Below, one piece after another: positions 45,680-59,459 of a stretch of 64,000 nucleotides of DNA (positions are counted from its first letter, which is position 1; each line of letters begins with the position of its first letter). The notes below the pieces were generated by a model. The model was not told the DNA's origin and did no database searches. It was given only the letters and a program-made list of their open reading frames with translations. The stretch lies in the NCBI GenBank assembly GCA_951406725.2, contig OX597819.1:6572001-6636000 (forward strand). Reading direction: 5' to 3'. Position numbers and translations under genes: made by a program. The DNA comes from Octopus vulgaris (lineage: Eukaryota).

Positions 45680-48300
45680 CAAAAAAAGCATTGTGAAATA
45701 CAGCTTCCCAGGATTTCCTGAATGAAATATTAATTTATTTCACCATTTATCAGCCTGGTGAAAACAAGATGGTCTAGTAACAGCGTTCGATACCATCGAC
45801 GTTTGAATGAGAGCCTATATATATAAAAAGAAGGGGAGAAATACAGAGGGTGGGTGATTAACTTCACCGCAAATATAACCAGTGTCTTTCTATTACCAAA
45901 AAATGCATAAACCAAAACTGGAATGGTTTGGGATGTATCCAGTGGTTTATCTTTAATTGCCACTAAGATGTATTTTGTAAAACGTGGACATCAAGAAGAA
46001 ATCTCGCTCTTCATATTTACACAGTAACTGGTGATTTACACAGTAACTGTTTTTTTGAAAGTTATAATTCTTATACGAGTATAAGGAACTTCTTATAGAC
46101 TCGATAATATATGGTTTGGCCTCAGAAAGGATCTTCTCTTTGATGTTGCAGTTGATGTATTCGTCCATAAGTTTCTAGATTAATGCCGAAAGGGATGTTG
46201 CTTGTCTCTTCTCGGGACGTCTAAAGACTGAAAGATGGTTGTTGTATCTAGATTTAAATGTACTTTCCACAGATCAAATATAACGCTTGGTCCCTGTCCG
46301 GCCGTTGCCATAGTTCGCTGATACCTGTACTTCTATTTCTTTACTACCCACAAGGGGCTAAACACAGAGGGGACAAACGGGGACAGACAAACGGATTAAG
46401 TCGATTATATCGACCCCAGTGCATAACTGGTACTTATTTAATCGACCCCGAAAGGATGAAAGGTTAAGTCGACCTCGGCAGAATTTGAACTCAGAACGTA
46501 ACGGCAGACGAAATACGGCTACGCATTTCGCCCGGCATGCTAACGTTTCTGCCAGCTTGCCGCCTTAAACAACGGAGGATATATCGGATGCCCAAGAGGG
46601 CATTTAGATTTAGCTACCCATGTGCATCCATGTCTCAGCCATTAGTTGTTTATTGATATATGCTTTTACATTAGGTGGGGCATGAATATGTGATTTCAGT
46701 GCGCTTATCAAATATTTATTTATACTCAGGATTTCTTAGAAAGTGATTATTTAATAAGTGTAAGAATCATCTACCCATATTTGTCCTAATATTTAGGAAG
46801 AAGGATGGGGGCATAAAATATTGAGAGGGACTATTCTTACGACCACATGGTTGATGAGATGGAGGGTTATAGCCGCTATCCTGTAAAGCCATATAATATG
46901 GGGATGTATTTTCAAATATTTCTGTAAGTGATGAAAAGCAAATAATTCTACGACTAATGTTCTGAATTAAGTTCCTAAATATAACAGATAGTTAGAAAGA
47001 GTGCATTTTGATATATTCTAGATTTTCGTTGGGCTAATAGAAGGATGTATAGGAATTAATTTTGAGATCTGAAAATCCAATCCTACTTAGGTTAGTTTCA
47101 ATAGAAATTATAAGTCCCAAATAGCTAAAGGTTGAAATCTATTGTTTTCTAAGAGAATGGCAATTATTTGATACCCACACCAAAGCATCGTCCTGCTATA
47201 TACCTATGTTTGGGATGGGGAATTTCCAATTTAGCTGGTTTAGTATGTATAAACAACAAAATTGCATATATCTGTGCTATCGAATGAACTCAATTGGCAC
47301 ATCGAATAGTTCATAAACGTTATTTCTTTATCCAGATAGATCCGCCACTAAATAACAGTGTATTACGTGAGTGCATATAGAGGTTTATTTCATATTCATC
47401 GATGGTTACAAACTAATGTGCAATCTCCAATGAAGTCACACAACAGTGATTCAGAAATCAACCGGTAGGAATCCATAATATTAAACTGAATTTTGCTTTA
47501 CTCTTATTGAGGATTTATTTGAACCAAAATATCACAGGGAAACTATTGGTCCACAGTAACAAGATTCCTTAATTTTATTAATATTCTTTAAAATTCTTTT
47601 GCTTGCTAATTCTATTTACGCCATAGTGTGTATTTTGATCGATTATAAAAGTCAGCTTTCTATATGATGAGAGCCCCTCTCTTAATCACACATTCAGTTC
47701 TTTTATCTATATTAAACACTTTTGCGAGGGCTTTACCTTCCGTGTTAATATTGTTGTAAATATCTACGTTAGACTTTTGGCGTTTATCTGTAATGCTATT
47801 AATTAATAATTTATTATGCATACCCCTATCTGCTTCATCCGAAAATATATGATTACTGTTAGAGTTCTTAAATAGATGTAAATCTTTAGTAACTTACATT
47901 GGATCTGGTTAGAGTAAGGGTAATTACTAAATTCAATGGTGAAAATAAGGTACAGCAAATCGGTCTTGAAAGGGACAGAGTCATTGACACATGAGGGAAA
48001 TTTTCGAGATTGTATATCAAAATGCTCATTAAATGCTATAGGTAACTCGTCATCGAACTTTAAGGCCCGCTATTGTTAGCGTTTAACAAAGTGCTCTGTT
48101 TTTTCTATGAGCATCCTCATGTAAAAATAAGGTTTGTATAAGAATGTTCCTAGCAGAGTAATTCATGTGAAAAACAATTCATCATGAAGTTGAATAATTG
48201 CATCGTAGAGCGCTCAACAGTACTGGCTAAGCTTTGCCATTCTTAAGAAAAATCTGCAATGGTTACACCTGTACAGTAGCAATAAACTATGTGGCATGGT
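45680..48300 (-). mobile_element. Degenerate Penelope-like element (RT, GIY-YIG, pLTR with decayed hammerhead at 45701-45757), interrupted by a SINE
   Basis: LFDVP../SFDSTDIC..LYILNQL...NIGI*QDDAL (RT); KRYI*SVESTFKSRYNNH...KILSEAKPY (EN); CTGATAA...GAAA-TCC t GGG-AA. Confidence 0.75.
46333..46565 (-). mobile_element. SINE family B (full length, Meta-domain-like)
   Basis: Head ggcggcaagctggcagaaacgttagc...gagttcaaattc; body as at 34132-34274. Confidence 0.85.
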
Positions 48301-48346
48301 TTCAGCAAGTAGTATACCACTCGATCAGTCGATCAGTTAAGAGAAT

Positions 48347-48778
48347 ACTCTTTTACTCTCTTTTACTCTTTTACTTGTTTCAGTCATTTGACTGCGGCCA
48401 TGCTGGAGCACCGCCTTTAGTCGAGCAAATCGACCCCGGGATTTATTATTTGTAAGCCCAGTACTTATTCTATCGGTCTCTTTTGCCGAACCACTAAGTG
48501 ACGGGGACGTAAACAAACCAGCATCGGTTGTCAAGCGATATTGGGGGGACAAACACAGACACACAAACACACACACACACACACACACATATACATATAT
48601 ATGCATATATACGACAGGCTTCTTTCAGTTTCCGTCTTTCCGTCTACCAAATCCACTCACAAGGCATTGGTCGGCCCTGGGCTGTAGCAGAAGACACTTG
48701 CCCAAGATGCCACGCAGTGGGACTGAACCCGGAACCATGTGGCTGGTTAGCAAGCTACTTACCACACAGCCACTCCTA
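48347..48778 (-). mobile_element. SINE family A (full length)
   Basis: Reverse complement of 27732-28132. Confidence 0.9.
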
Positions 48779-48849
48779 TCTAATAATATAGATATTATTG
48801 TAATGAAACCACATGTCTTGAGAAATAAAGTTACCCAACGTTCCTGATC

Positions 48850-49300
48850 GAAATATTAATTTCGCCATTTAACAGGCTGGTATAAACAAGACGGTTTAGT
48901 AACTGGGTTCGATGCAATCGACGTTTGAAGAATATGCGCATTTAGAAAAAGACAAGGAGAAACACTGTGGATATTATTAACATCAAAGTAAATGTAACCA
49001 GCGGCCAGACGAAGACCAAGCGTTATATTGGAACTGTGGAAGGAAAATTTAAAAGCAGATTTCACAACCTTCTTTTAATCTTTAGACTCTCCGAGAAGAA
49101 ACATACAATTACGTCAGCTACAACACCAAATGGAAGATCTTTATATTAACGGACCAAGAAGACGTTCTACGTGCACACTTGAAAATGCGTATCTTTCAAA
49201 AGCATTAAGGACCTCCATTGAGTGAACCAAATTCCAGGAGTGAGATTTTTATATCTGTATTTTACAAAATGCATTAAGGATAAATTACCGGACGCATCAT
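48850..49300 (+). mobile_element. Penelope GIY-YIG fragment
   Basis: TKRYIGTVEGKFKSRFHN, related to and inverted relative to the EN at about 46180-46320. Confidence 0.7.
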
Positions 49301-50253
49301 AAGCAAATCCAGTGTTGGTTTATACAATTTTTAATATTCATAGGACACTAGTTATATTTGCTGTGAAGTTAATGATCTACCCTGTGCTTCTTTCATTCTA
49401 TTTCTAAATATTGCTTTACAGGAAAAAAATACCCTGCTAACATTTATAGAAAACTGAGTTTCATTTCCATCTCACAAATTAGGTATTCCTTTATATGTTA
49501 ACTTAGTTTTGATCTATTCGATGAAGAATTCGCTGGAACAACGAAATTGGCTGTCAGCTTCTTACCTTATCTGTTGCTCCTTCAGAGATAACCTGTTGAT
49601 TCTGCAACTGAAATACTGACTCTAACATGTACACGGTTAATAAGGATTGTGCTACAAGCAAAAACGCAGTCGAGTTAAGTTCCTTGCTGCACCAAACAGG
49701 AAAATCATGATTAAAATATATATTTGCCCTCATAAGGTGTCGTTTACTCTCGATTTATCGCCGATTCAGCAGATATTTGTTCAAATGCAATTCCAGCGCT
49801 TCATACGCCAAATCTAATGACGATAATTGTTAAAAACTTCGTCTCAAATCTGATGAATTCAGTTGCTAACAACAACCCCTCCAACATCATCTATATCTCA
49901 CCTTCTTAGTAAACACTAGTACAGACTTAGTAATGCCAGCAAATATTTTATCACCTGAGACCAACAAATCATTCTTCATGTGTAGCAGAGAAATGCGTGC
50001 AGTACTGTATCTTGATCCTTAAATCTTTCTCTCGGCCATCGTATATGTATAACTACATAATACATTGAGATCCCCGTCCTATAGAAAACGGTTGGATGAT
50101 ATTTGAGCAAGATATCTATATTTACTGCTAATTCTTCGAGGTTCGGTACTCAGAATATATGCTGCTGGTTCTGATTTCTAATATGCCTTTGGTATTTTTT
50201 AGCGCCCATTAAAGACTTTGAGATATTATTTACACGCTTTGCGTGTAAACAAT

Positions 50254-50284
<31 letters not shown>

Positions 50285-50345
50285 AACACACGCACATACA
50301 CACACACAAACGCACAGACACAAACAAACACACACACTCGCATAT

Positions 50346-50406
<61 letters not shown>

Positions 50407-50464
50407 TAGATATTTGTGTATTTATATATATATATATGCATTTATGTATATATAGATATATATA

Positions 50465-50524
<60 letters not shown>

Positions 50525-50561
50525 TATATACTCAAAATATATATATATATATACTCAAAAG

Positions 50562-50645
50562 TTTGCTAGATAATGTTGTGCGACCTGCCTTATGTTTGAG
50601 CCTAGGCTCAAACATAAAGCAGGTTGCACAACATTATCTAACAAA
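50562..50645. repeat. 84-bp spacerless palindrome
   Basis: 42-bp arms with 3 transition mismatches, centred on CCTAGG. Confidence 0.95.
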
Positions 50646-50912
50646 ATTTGGGAACTAAGAACAAATAATATAGAATTCAACCTAAAATGGGACATAGTAA
50701 GAAGAGCGCAACCTTATAGAAATAGTAGGGATGGTTGTCAACTTTGTTCTATGGAAACTTAAGAAATTTTGAAACATCAGAGTAATACTAATCTGTTGAA
50801 TAACCGTTTGGAGCTGGGAGCATCTTGTACACATCGTACGACCCGAACGTTTAAATACTTTAAATAATAATTTTGTGAATATTCCTATATTTTTCAAATT
50901 TTAATTCATTAT

Positions 50913-51402
50913 AACCAAATAAGAACGGATATACCATACTGGCTTTCAATTTAACATTCATAGATGACTAAAAAACTTCACTGCAAACTTAATATTGAAT
51001 TCTTCTTTTTCTAAAATTAAACTGTATGAATCTAAATAGTTGGAATCCTAAAGAGTATGAATCCCAAATAGTATGAATACTAAATAGTATGAATCCTATA
51101 CCCCTAAGGAAACTATTCGGTTCACCTTGATTATCTCACTTCCATTGCTTAATATATAATTAGGCTAAGATATCTTTACAAAATATATTTAACCAAATAG
51201 GAACGAATATACCATACTGGTTTTAGTTTAACACCCATAAATGATTAAAAAACTTCATTGCAAACTTAGAATTAAATTCTTCTTTTTATAACGTTCTCCA
51301 ATACTAAGTAGTATTAATCCTATGTCCCTAGAGAAACTATTTGGTTCATCTTGATTATCTCACTTCCATTTCGTAATATATAATTAACCTAAGATATTTT
51401 TA
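50913..51402. repeat. Diverged tandem duplication (period about 278 bp)
   Basis: aaccaaata.gaacg.atataccatactgg... at 50913 and 51191. Confidence 0.85.
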
Positions 51403-52190
51403 CCTAACTAATTAACCTTTATCCGCAGGTAGTAAATTTTATTTCCAACAGATCCTATATTTTAATTCATTAATATCAACTCACTATCCATGAAATCTGA
51501 ATAATTTACTCTTCTAAATTACCTCTCTTCATATTTTAAAATCACCTTCTACTAAACCTACGAATATCTTCCTTCTTTGATTTTTCCTCTTCCATCTTTC
51601 TTAGTATATATTTTGACCCCTAATATGTTCACTTAATTAATAAGGCTTTCCCCCCAGTTAATAAGTACTATGCCTACTCATAATAAGTGATAGTCTTTTT
51701 CTTCAAATTGAATAAATTTTAGATTTATATTTTTTCCTTTATTTTAACGTCTCAAAGTACTCGGAATTTATAGACTAACTGAAGGGATGATGTGCATAGG
51801 GCTTGTAAGGTCTCTGCATTCTCTGTGAATGTTATTGTGACCACTTGACATTGACCTAGTTCTCCTAACGCCGGATCTGTTCATCAAATAGTAGTAATTG
51901 GCATTTAGTTGTGACAATGCTGTTTTCTACATAAATTCCTTATATGGAGCTCTGACATCCCCTTTGCCTCATTTCTATAAATAGAAAATCTTTATTGTCT
52001 CCTTTCATTTGTTCTTCCCTCTCAGAACCTTACAGTAGTCTGGAACAACTGAATCTTAGTCAGTCAGTTGATGGGCTCCACTAGCTCAAATGTTCTTAAA
52101 ATTTAAATCCACATCTTTGTCTATATATCTACCTTCTCTATAATGTTGTCACTTGATATGAAAATTTTTGTATTAATGGAAAACCTCTAT

Positions 52191-52281
52191 AATTGGCTGA
52201 TGAGTGCTCAGCATTTTAAAACTGTTATAATACTTACAACATTTAATAAAATGATGTAGTACGAAACGATCGTACCAAATT
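52191..52281 (+). ncRNA. Intact type-I hammerhead ribozyme with extended helix II
   Basis: TTGG-CTGATGA-GTGCT..CATTTTA...TAAAATG..AGTAC-GAAA-CGATCG-TA-CCAA; predicted cleavage after 52274. Confidence 0.85.
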
Positions 52282-52386
52282 ACCGGAGTCATTCTTGTTG
52301 CTTATTTTGATTATAATCACCCCACGGATTTATATGGATAACACCATACAGAATTCTGGTACATCTAAATTAAGTACCATATTCAT

Positions 52387-52429
<43 letters not shown>

Positions 52430-52562
52430 TAAATTAGAGATAAAACCACTATTAGGCAAATCAAACAATGAAAAACATAAGCTAATACATAAAATTAATT
52501 AATTTATATTATTTTAAATATATATCAAAAGTATTAAAAGTTTAATAAAAGATAAAGAGTAA

Positions 52563-52635
52563 AACACTACGATCGTTTCATGGCTGTACAATTCGTAATA
52601 ATTCGAGTTATGGTTACAGTCAATCTTCAGGTTAA
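52563..52635 (-). ncRNA. Type-I hammerhead motif, convergent with 52191-52281
   Basis: AAC-CTGAAGA-tTGaCTGTA...TACAGcCAt-GAAA-CGATCG-TA-GT; core intact, helix I/II mismatches. Confidence 0.7.
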
Positions 52636-52751
52636 TTGAAATATTTATCTTAGCGAGGTTTAGCAAGAATATATATATATATATGTATGTATGTATGTAT
52701 ATATATGTATGTATGTACATATATATGTATGTGTATGTATGTATATATATG

Positions 52752-52790
<39 letters not shown>

Positions 52791-53169
52791 ATGTGTGTAT
52801 GTATATATATATATATGATGAAAAGGATAAATGCTTTTATTTCTCCTTTAGTTTCAGAATTACAACTATTTAGCGGTTTGAGTTTGGCTGCTCTTTCTAG
52901 TGAGTCGAATGGCCTATCAGGGCCATTCCTTAATATTGTTGAATGTTATATATATATATGTGTGTAGATATGTATATGTACTACTTTGGGCCGCATTACT
53001 TTATGCACGGAATATTTGATATTTTGCGTCACACAAGAAAGAAAGAAGTAAAAGGAAGGCAAACAATGTTGAAAGAAAAGTAACACTTAATAGCAAGAAA
53101 TGCATCTTAGTTTTTATTTGCTTTTTCTTTTTATATACAACCTTCCACAAACAGGAAATTTTTATAATC

Positions 53170-53430
53170 AAGCAATATCTGTGTGAGCATCATTTTTTGT
53201 GAATCTAACATTTTCATATTTGAAACACCTAAGGATATTCTCTTCCTGTAGCAAATTCATAAGAAGACTCTTCATATTCGAACGATCACCAATTTTATCG
53301 AGAGCAACACAGAACTGGTTGTGTATCAACACCCGAGTTGAAACATAAATATCACATTCTGATGAAATTTGCTTTTGAATTTTCTTTGTGGAAATGGCGA
53401 TTTTAAGTTTGTAGGAAATGGACGCCATCT
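53170..53430 (-). pseudogene. Possible Helitron/PIF1-like helicase C-terminal relic
   Basis: QISSECDIYVSTRVLIHNQFCVALDKIGDRSNMK...FTKND resembles GQS..VGIYL..PVFSHGQLYVALSRV...TKNVV. Confidence 0.4.
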
Positions 53431-53699
53431 TAAAACAAAGGGCAAAACTGTGGATGTTGGTCGATATGGGAAAGTATGGTCTGTATCAGCAAAATGTGGT
53501 CTGTATCGACGCCACTAATTTTACTTGATATTATGGAAGTGCAGGCAGCAGATTTCTTGAATATGGCGTGAAAAGAAAGGAGAACAAGAAACAGAATTAA
53601 AGAAATAGAAAGAGAAAAGATACATTGATAGATACAATAGAAAGAGAAAAGAGAGAGAGAGAGAGAGAGAGGGAGGGAGAGAGGGAGTTTTAGACAGGC

Positions 53700-53746
53700 A
53701 GACAGCAGACAGACAGACAGACAGACATACAGACAGACAGACAGAC

Positions 53747-53840
<94 letters not shown>
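53700..53840. repeat. (AGAC)n/(AGAT)n array
   Basis: Direct inspection. Confidence 0.95.
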
Positions 53841-53841
<1 letters not shown>

Positions 53842-54029
53842 GAATATTATTAAACAAAAGTAACTCACTACGAAAAGTAAATAAAGAAACCGAAGTTATC
53901 TGAAAAGCGCTTTATGAATGGATATTCATATTTTTGTTTACTTTTAAAAATAAGGAAGAAGAAATAGAGAAACAAAGATGAAAAGAAACAAAGAGAGAGG
54001 GAGTCGAATATAAGATACAGAAAGTATAT

Positions 54030-54275
54030 TTGTTCAAGACTCCTGGTGTGAAATCGTGTGTTAAAACAGATATTAATGTATTTCGGGACGGTCATTTTGT
54101 TTTTGCCAAATACACACACGCACTATATATTTTTTTCTTCACTCGTTTATTACTGTTCTAATTCCAACTCATGTCCATTGTCTGGAAATCTTTCGTCACA
54201 CATCTGTGACCTCTTCAGAGACATTTCCGTCTATGTATGTACTCTTGCTCCGCTTAGTTCATTCTAGTTGTTCTG
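54030..54275 (-). mobile_element. Penelope pLTR fragment with hammerhead motif at 54179-54223
   Basis: TGTCT-CTGAAGA-g-GTCACA gatg TGTGAC-GAAA-GATTTCC-AGACA; same helix II and tail as 31007 and 20091; also similar to 13150-13215. Confidence 0.7.
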
Positions 54276-54709
54276 TGATGTGTATCTTTATGTGCGCATG
54301 CCTTTGCGTCTGTGTATGTGTGTGTGCATGTATGTTGTGTGTGTGGCGTGTATGCATGTATGCGTGTGTGCATGTAGTCGTGTGTGCATGTATGTGTGTG
54401 TGAATGTATGCGTGCATGCGTGCATGTGTGTGTGTTTCATTGTTCTTAATAGCAGTATGGCCTTCCCCTCAGCTCCATCCTCTGTCCCCGTTGTCGCTGC
54501 AGCTGTCATAGGACCCGAAAACTTGATATAGTTTCTGTATCTCTATGTTTGCGTGTTCGCCCATGGTGTTGCCATCGTGGTGGTAGTAGTAGTAGTAGTT
54601 GTTGTTGTTGTTGTCGTTGTTGTTGTCATTACCGCTGCTGCTGTCGTTGTTGGTTGAAGATATCCTTGTTCAAATTCTCCTCCACGGAAGTAATAGGCTT
54701 GCTGAAGAG

Positions 54710-56165
54710 ATCCAGAATCTTTTTGCAGAACTTTTACTTAATCGGCTAACAATGTGGATATGCCCCTCTGTCATCCCGGGGTGTCAGTGTGATTTTAAAT
54801 CAAGACGTGGCACAATAGACTCTTTACTATGTATCTGTGGATTTACTATGTATTTATCGATTTAACAAAAGCCTTCGACATTGTTAATAGGACGTTCTCT
54901 AGACCATTCTTGGTAAACTTGGATGTCGACCTCAATTTGTCAACCTTTTTAAGCAACTTCATAATGATATGAAAGCTCGTCTTAACTTCAATAAGACACT
55001 ATTGGAACCAATTTCCATCAATAACAGAGTTAAACAGGGTGATATTGCTGCTGCAACACTTTTTTCCATATATTTCGCTGTAACTATCTTGCACGTTTTC
55101 CAAGACTGTGATATCGGCGTCTATAGTCACTTCAGAACCACAGGTAAGATCTTTAATGTTAAACGCTTTAATGCAAAATCGAAGACATTCCAGGCCCTTG
55201 TTTGAGAGCTCCTTTACGCTGATGATGTAGATATCGTTGCTCACACCGAGGAGGAATGCAAGCTATACTGGATCTCTTCTCTACAGCTTGTATTGCTTTT
55301 GGACTTTCCATCAGTCTAAAGAAAACAAAGATCGTGTTCTCTCAGCTACCAGGCCAACACTACGTGCAAACTAACACTTTCGTCCAAGATACAAAATTAG
55401 ATGTAGTTGACACGTTCATCTACCTTGACAGCACACTCTCTAGAGATGGATCCCTTGATTCTAAAAGAAACCTGATAATTGAAAAAGCCAGTAAAGCATT
55501 TGGAAGGCTTGAAAATCGTGTGTGGTCTGATAGAGGCATTACCTTCAAAATGAAGCTTAGTATCTATGAATCTTGCATTTTAACGATCCTCCTGTACTCT
55601 TCTGAGATCTGGACGACATATCGGTGCCACGTCAAGGCTTTAAAAAGATACTATCATACTTGCCTAAGGAGGATACTAGACATCAAATGGGAGTCTTTAA
55701 CACCAGACACCATTGTTCTTCAGCAAGCTAACACATCCAGTATTGAAATGATCCTCATATGCAATCAGATGCATTGGGTTGGGTACCTTGCTAGGATGCT
55801 GGATGACAGGTTGCCAAAGCAGTTGTTTTACGGGGAGTTGCGGCGTGGCAAACGTCCGAGGCATAAACTTAGGAAACGTTTTAGGAATGCTGTCAAAAGC
55901 AACGTTAAGGCTCTTAATGTGAAAGTTGAAGACTGGGAGCAGGTGACGCAAGATCGATTGGTTTGGAAAGAAATGATCTACAATAGGTGTAAAGCATCTA
56001 TCTTGAAACGAGCACTTCGTAGACAGGAATTAACTACAATCCCAGGCACTTTTCTACTTTAAAATATTTGTAAGATCTGCAATAGAGTTTATCAAGAGCA
56101 GGACTTGCTAGTCATATAAGATCTCATGACAGTATTTATTAATTGAAGAGATGGCCTTCTTCTAT
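54710..56165 (+). mobile_element. RTE-clade LINE, 5'-truncated and frameshifted RT
   Basis: QCDFKSRRGTID, FIDLTKAFD, VKQGD, RELLYADD, GLSISLKKTK, RLPKQLFYGEL and a C-terminal CKIC...H..SH finger. Confidence 0.92.
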
Positions 56166-56276
56166 AAAGAAGTAGCAATCATCATATATGTATGTATGTA
56201 TGCATGTATGTATATATGTATGTATGTATGTACGTATGTATATATGTATGTGTGTATGAGTGTATGTATTATATTG

Positions 56277-56665
56277 TGGAGGCGCAATGGCCCAGTGGTT
56301 AGGGCAGCGGACTCGCGGTCGTAGGATCGCGGTTTCGATTCCCAGACCGGGCGTTGTGAGTGTTTATTGAGCGAAAACACCTAAAGCTCCACGAGGCTCC
56401 GGCAGGGGATGGTGGTGATCCCTGCTGTACTCTTTCACCACAACTCTCTCTCTCTCTCTCTTACTTCCTGCTTCTGTTGTACCTGTATTTCAAAGGGCCG
56501 GCCTTGTCACTCTCTGTGTGTCACGCTGAATATCCCCGAGAACTACGTTAAGGGTACACGTGTCTGTGGAGTGCTCAGCCACTTACACGTTAATTTCACG
56601 AGCAGGCTGTTCCGTTGATTCGGATCAACCGGAACCCTCGTCGTCGGAACCGACGGAGTGCTTCC
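56277..56665 (+). mobile_element. tRNA-Arg-derived SINE, tail type 1, 13-bp TSD
   Basis: TSD ATGTATTATATTG at 56264-56276 and 56666-56678. Confidence 0.93.
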
Positions 56666-57031
56666 ATGTATTATATTGGTAAGATTATTTTCATTCCATT
56701 CACTTTCTTCACATTGTTGTTCGATTAATAATTTTTAATTATCATCACTTTCAATGAGTTTTAAAAAAACATTCAAAGATTTCATTAGACTCCTGCGTAG
56801 CGCATGAGCATGTCATTCCTTGTTTTGTTTCAACTAAGATATTAGCACCCTAAGACAGCATTTAAATTTAGCTATAAAACAGCATTAATTCACCCCTGTT
56901 ATTAGATTCGTGATGATCCGTGGTGGTCGAAATGTATTGTATATTTAAAATTGTATTTCTAATCATATTCACTTCCGGCTGCTTATATATATTTGTGTGA
57001 GTGTATCTGTGTCTGTGCGTGGTTGTGTGTG

Positions 57032-57127
<96 letters not shown>

Positions 57128-57185
57128 TGTATGTATGTATGTATGTATGTATGTATGTATGTATGTATGTATGTATGTATGTATG

Positions 57186-57229
<44 letters not shown>

Positions 57230-57235
57230 GTGTGT

Positions 57236-57290
<55 letters not shown>

Positions 57291-58128
57291 GTTTGTATGA
57301 TATATTCCATATTCCTACATTCTGTGTCCTAGTTCCATCACAACACTAATTAATTTTTAATTGTTTATTGATTATTCTCAGAGAAAAAAAAACACGCATA
57401 ATATACCTCGGTTTTTGGTGAGTTGAAATAATGTGTTGTGGAGAACTTGTGCATCCCTTATCTAAATATATATGTTTAAGTATATGTGCGTGTATGCGTG
57501 AGAGTGGCAGAAAGAGAAAAATACAGGCAGAGTAAGAAGTAGATGAAGTAAAATGTGCACTAACACACTGATTTATGAATGTTAATAGCCAAGAAATATT
57601 AATTAATTCAAATTATATCCGAAAAGAGAATAAAAATTCGTTAGCTTAATTATTAATTCTGGTCAAAAAAGATACGGTTCGTATAAATTTGGTATATAAA
57701 AATATTAATATTATGCATAAAACGTATTTATAGTTTAAATGCAACTACTGTTATAAGAATGTATTGAACAGTTTTAGTTACTGATAACTAAACACACACA
57801 CACACATACATGCATGCATGCATACATACGTATATACGTACATACTAATATATACACTCACATGTAAATATATGTGTGTATGTCTCTGTTTATTTGAGTT
57901 TTTCTGCATATATGGATATATGTATAGTTGTATATATATATATATATCTGCATGTAGGTATGTATCTATTTATGTATTAATATATGTGCGTGCGTGTGCG
58001 TGTATATATATATATATATATATACCTATATGTACACATATACATATATATATACCTATATATATATACATATGTGTGTATATATATAAACATATACACA
58101 TGCATATATATGTGTATGTATATCTCTA

Positions 58129-58174
<46 letters not shown>

Positions 58175-58176
58175 CG

Positions 58177-58224
<48 letters not shown>

Positions 58225-58852
58225 CATATATATATATATGCATATATATATATTATGTATGTATACACTCACAACCACACACACACATTTTACGGTCAAT
58301 GGAAACCACAATGAATATGAGATCAGTTGAATTGTCGAAAACAACAAAATTTAGAAATATGAAGAAATACTGAGGTGAGGAATAATACTAATATTAAATA
58401 AATAAAAAAAAATAAGTATTGTATTTTCGGTCACCAGTGAAATTAACAAATCTACCAACATTAACATTGAACGTTTGATGTGAGATCAACAGATATATTT
58501 CTACTTCCGTTAAACGCCTGTTTTATTGATTCTTCCGTATTATTTATGCTATGCATCATTCTACTTTGATTCAAGTTATCAGTAGATCGTCAAATAAATT
58601 CATCTTTTTATTCTTTGGCGCCCCACTCCTTCCTATAAAATCTCTCTCATATATATAACTCGTTTCTTTAAAGTTTCGCTCACTCCATCGCAAGGGCCAT
58701 ATTATATGAAAGATTATATGTATTTATGGTTGTGTATGTTTATATATGCAAATATATAATTTAAGTTTGTATTCAAGCGTATATAAGCTAATGTATACAT
58801 ACACATATATACATAGGAATATACATACAAACATGCATACATACATATAAAC

Positions 58853-58883
<31 letters not shown>

Positions 58884-58931
58884 TACATATATACATATAT
58901 ACATATATACATATATACATGTATACATATG

Positions 58932-58979
<48 letters not shown>

Positions 58980-59025
58980 TACATGCATATATGTGTATAT
59001 ATGTATATATATATATATATATATC

Positions 59026-59064
<39 letters not shown>

Positions 59065-59149
59065 ATACACCAGTCTGGAGAAAAGTATGCGGTTCATATT
59101 TCTCTATATATGAGTGCTTCTGTATGTACATATGCATGTATAAAGAGCA

Positions 59150-59150
59150 T

Positions 59151-59216
<66 letters not shown>

Positions 59217-59266
59217 CAGATAAACAGACAGATGGAGAGATAGATAGAAAGACAGATGGACAGATT

Positions 59267-59340
<74 letters not shown>
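59150..59340. repeat. (AGAT)n array
   Basis: Direct inspection. Confidence 0.95.
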
Positions 59341-59352
<12 letters not shown>

Positions 59353-59414
59353 CAGATAGATAGGTAGATAAAGATAGAGGGCGAGATAATTTTGTGTTCC
59401 TGCATTTTATACAC

Positions 59415-59459
<45 letters not shown>

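Noticed and set aside
50913-51402. Tandem repeats considered as a CRISPR-like array
   Set aside because: Eukaryotic context; no constant repeat with unique spacers and no cas genes.
50650-52100. Possible minus-strand Penelope RT N-terminal relic
   Set aside because: Only faint motif resemblance; too degenerate to annotate without an HMM search.
56277-56355. tRNA-Arg(TCG)-like sequence
   Set aside because: SINE head: no proper acceptor stem, and it continues into the SINE body with TSDs.
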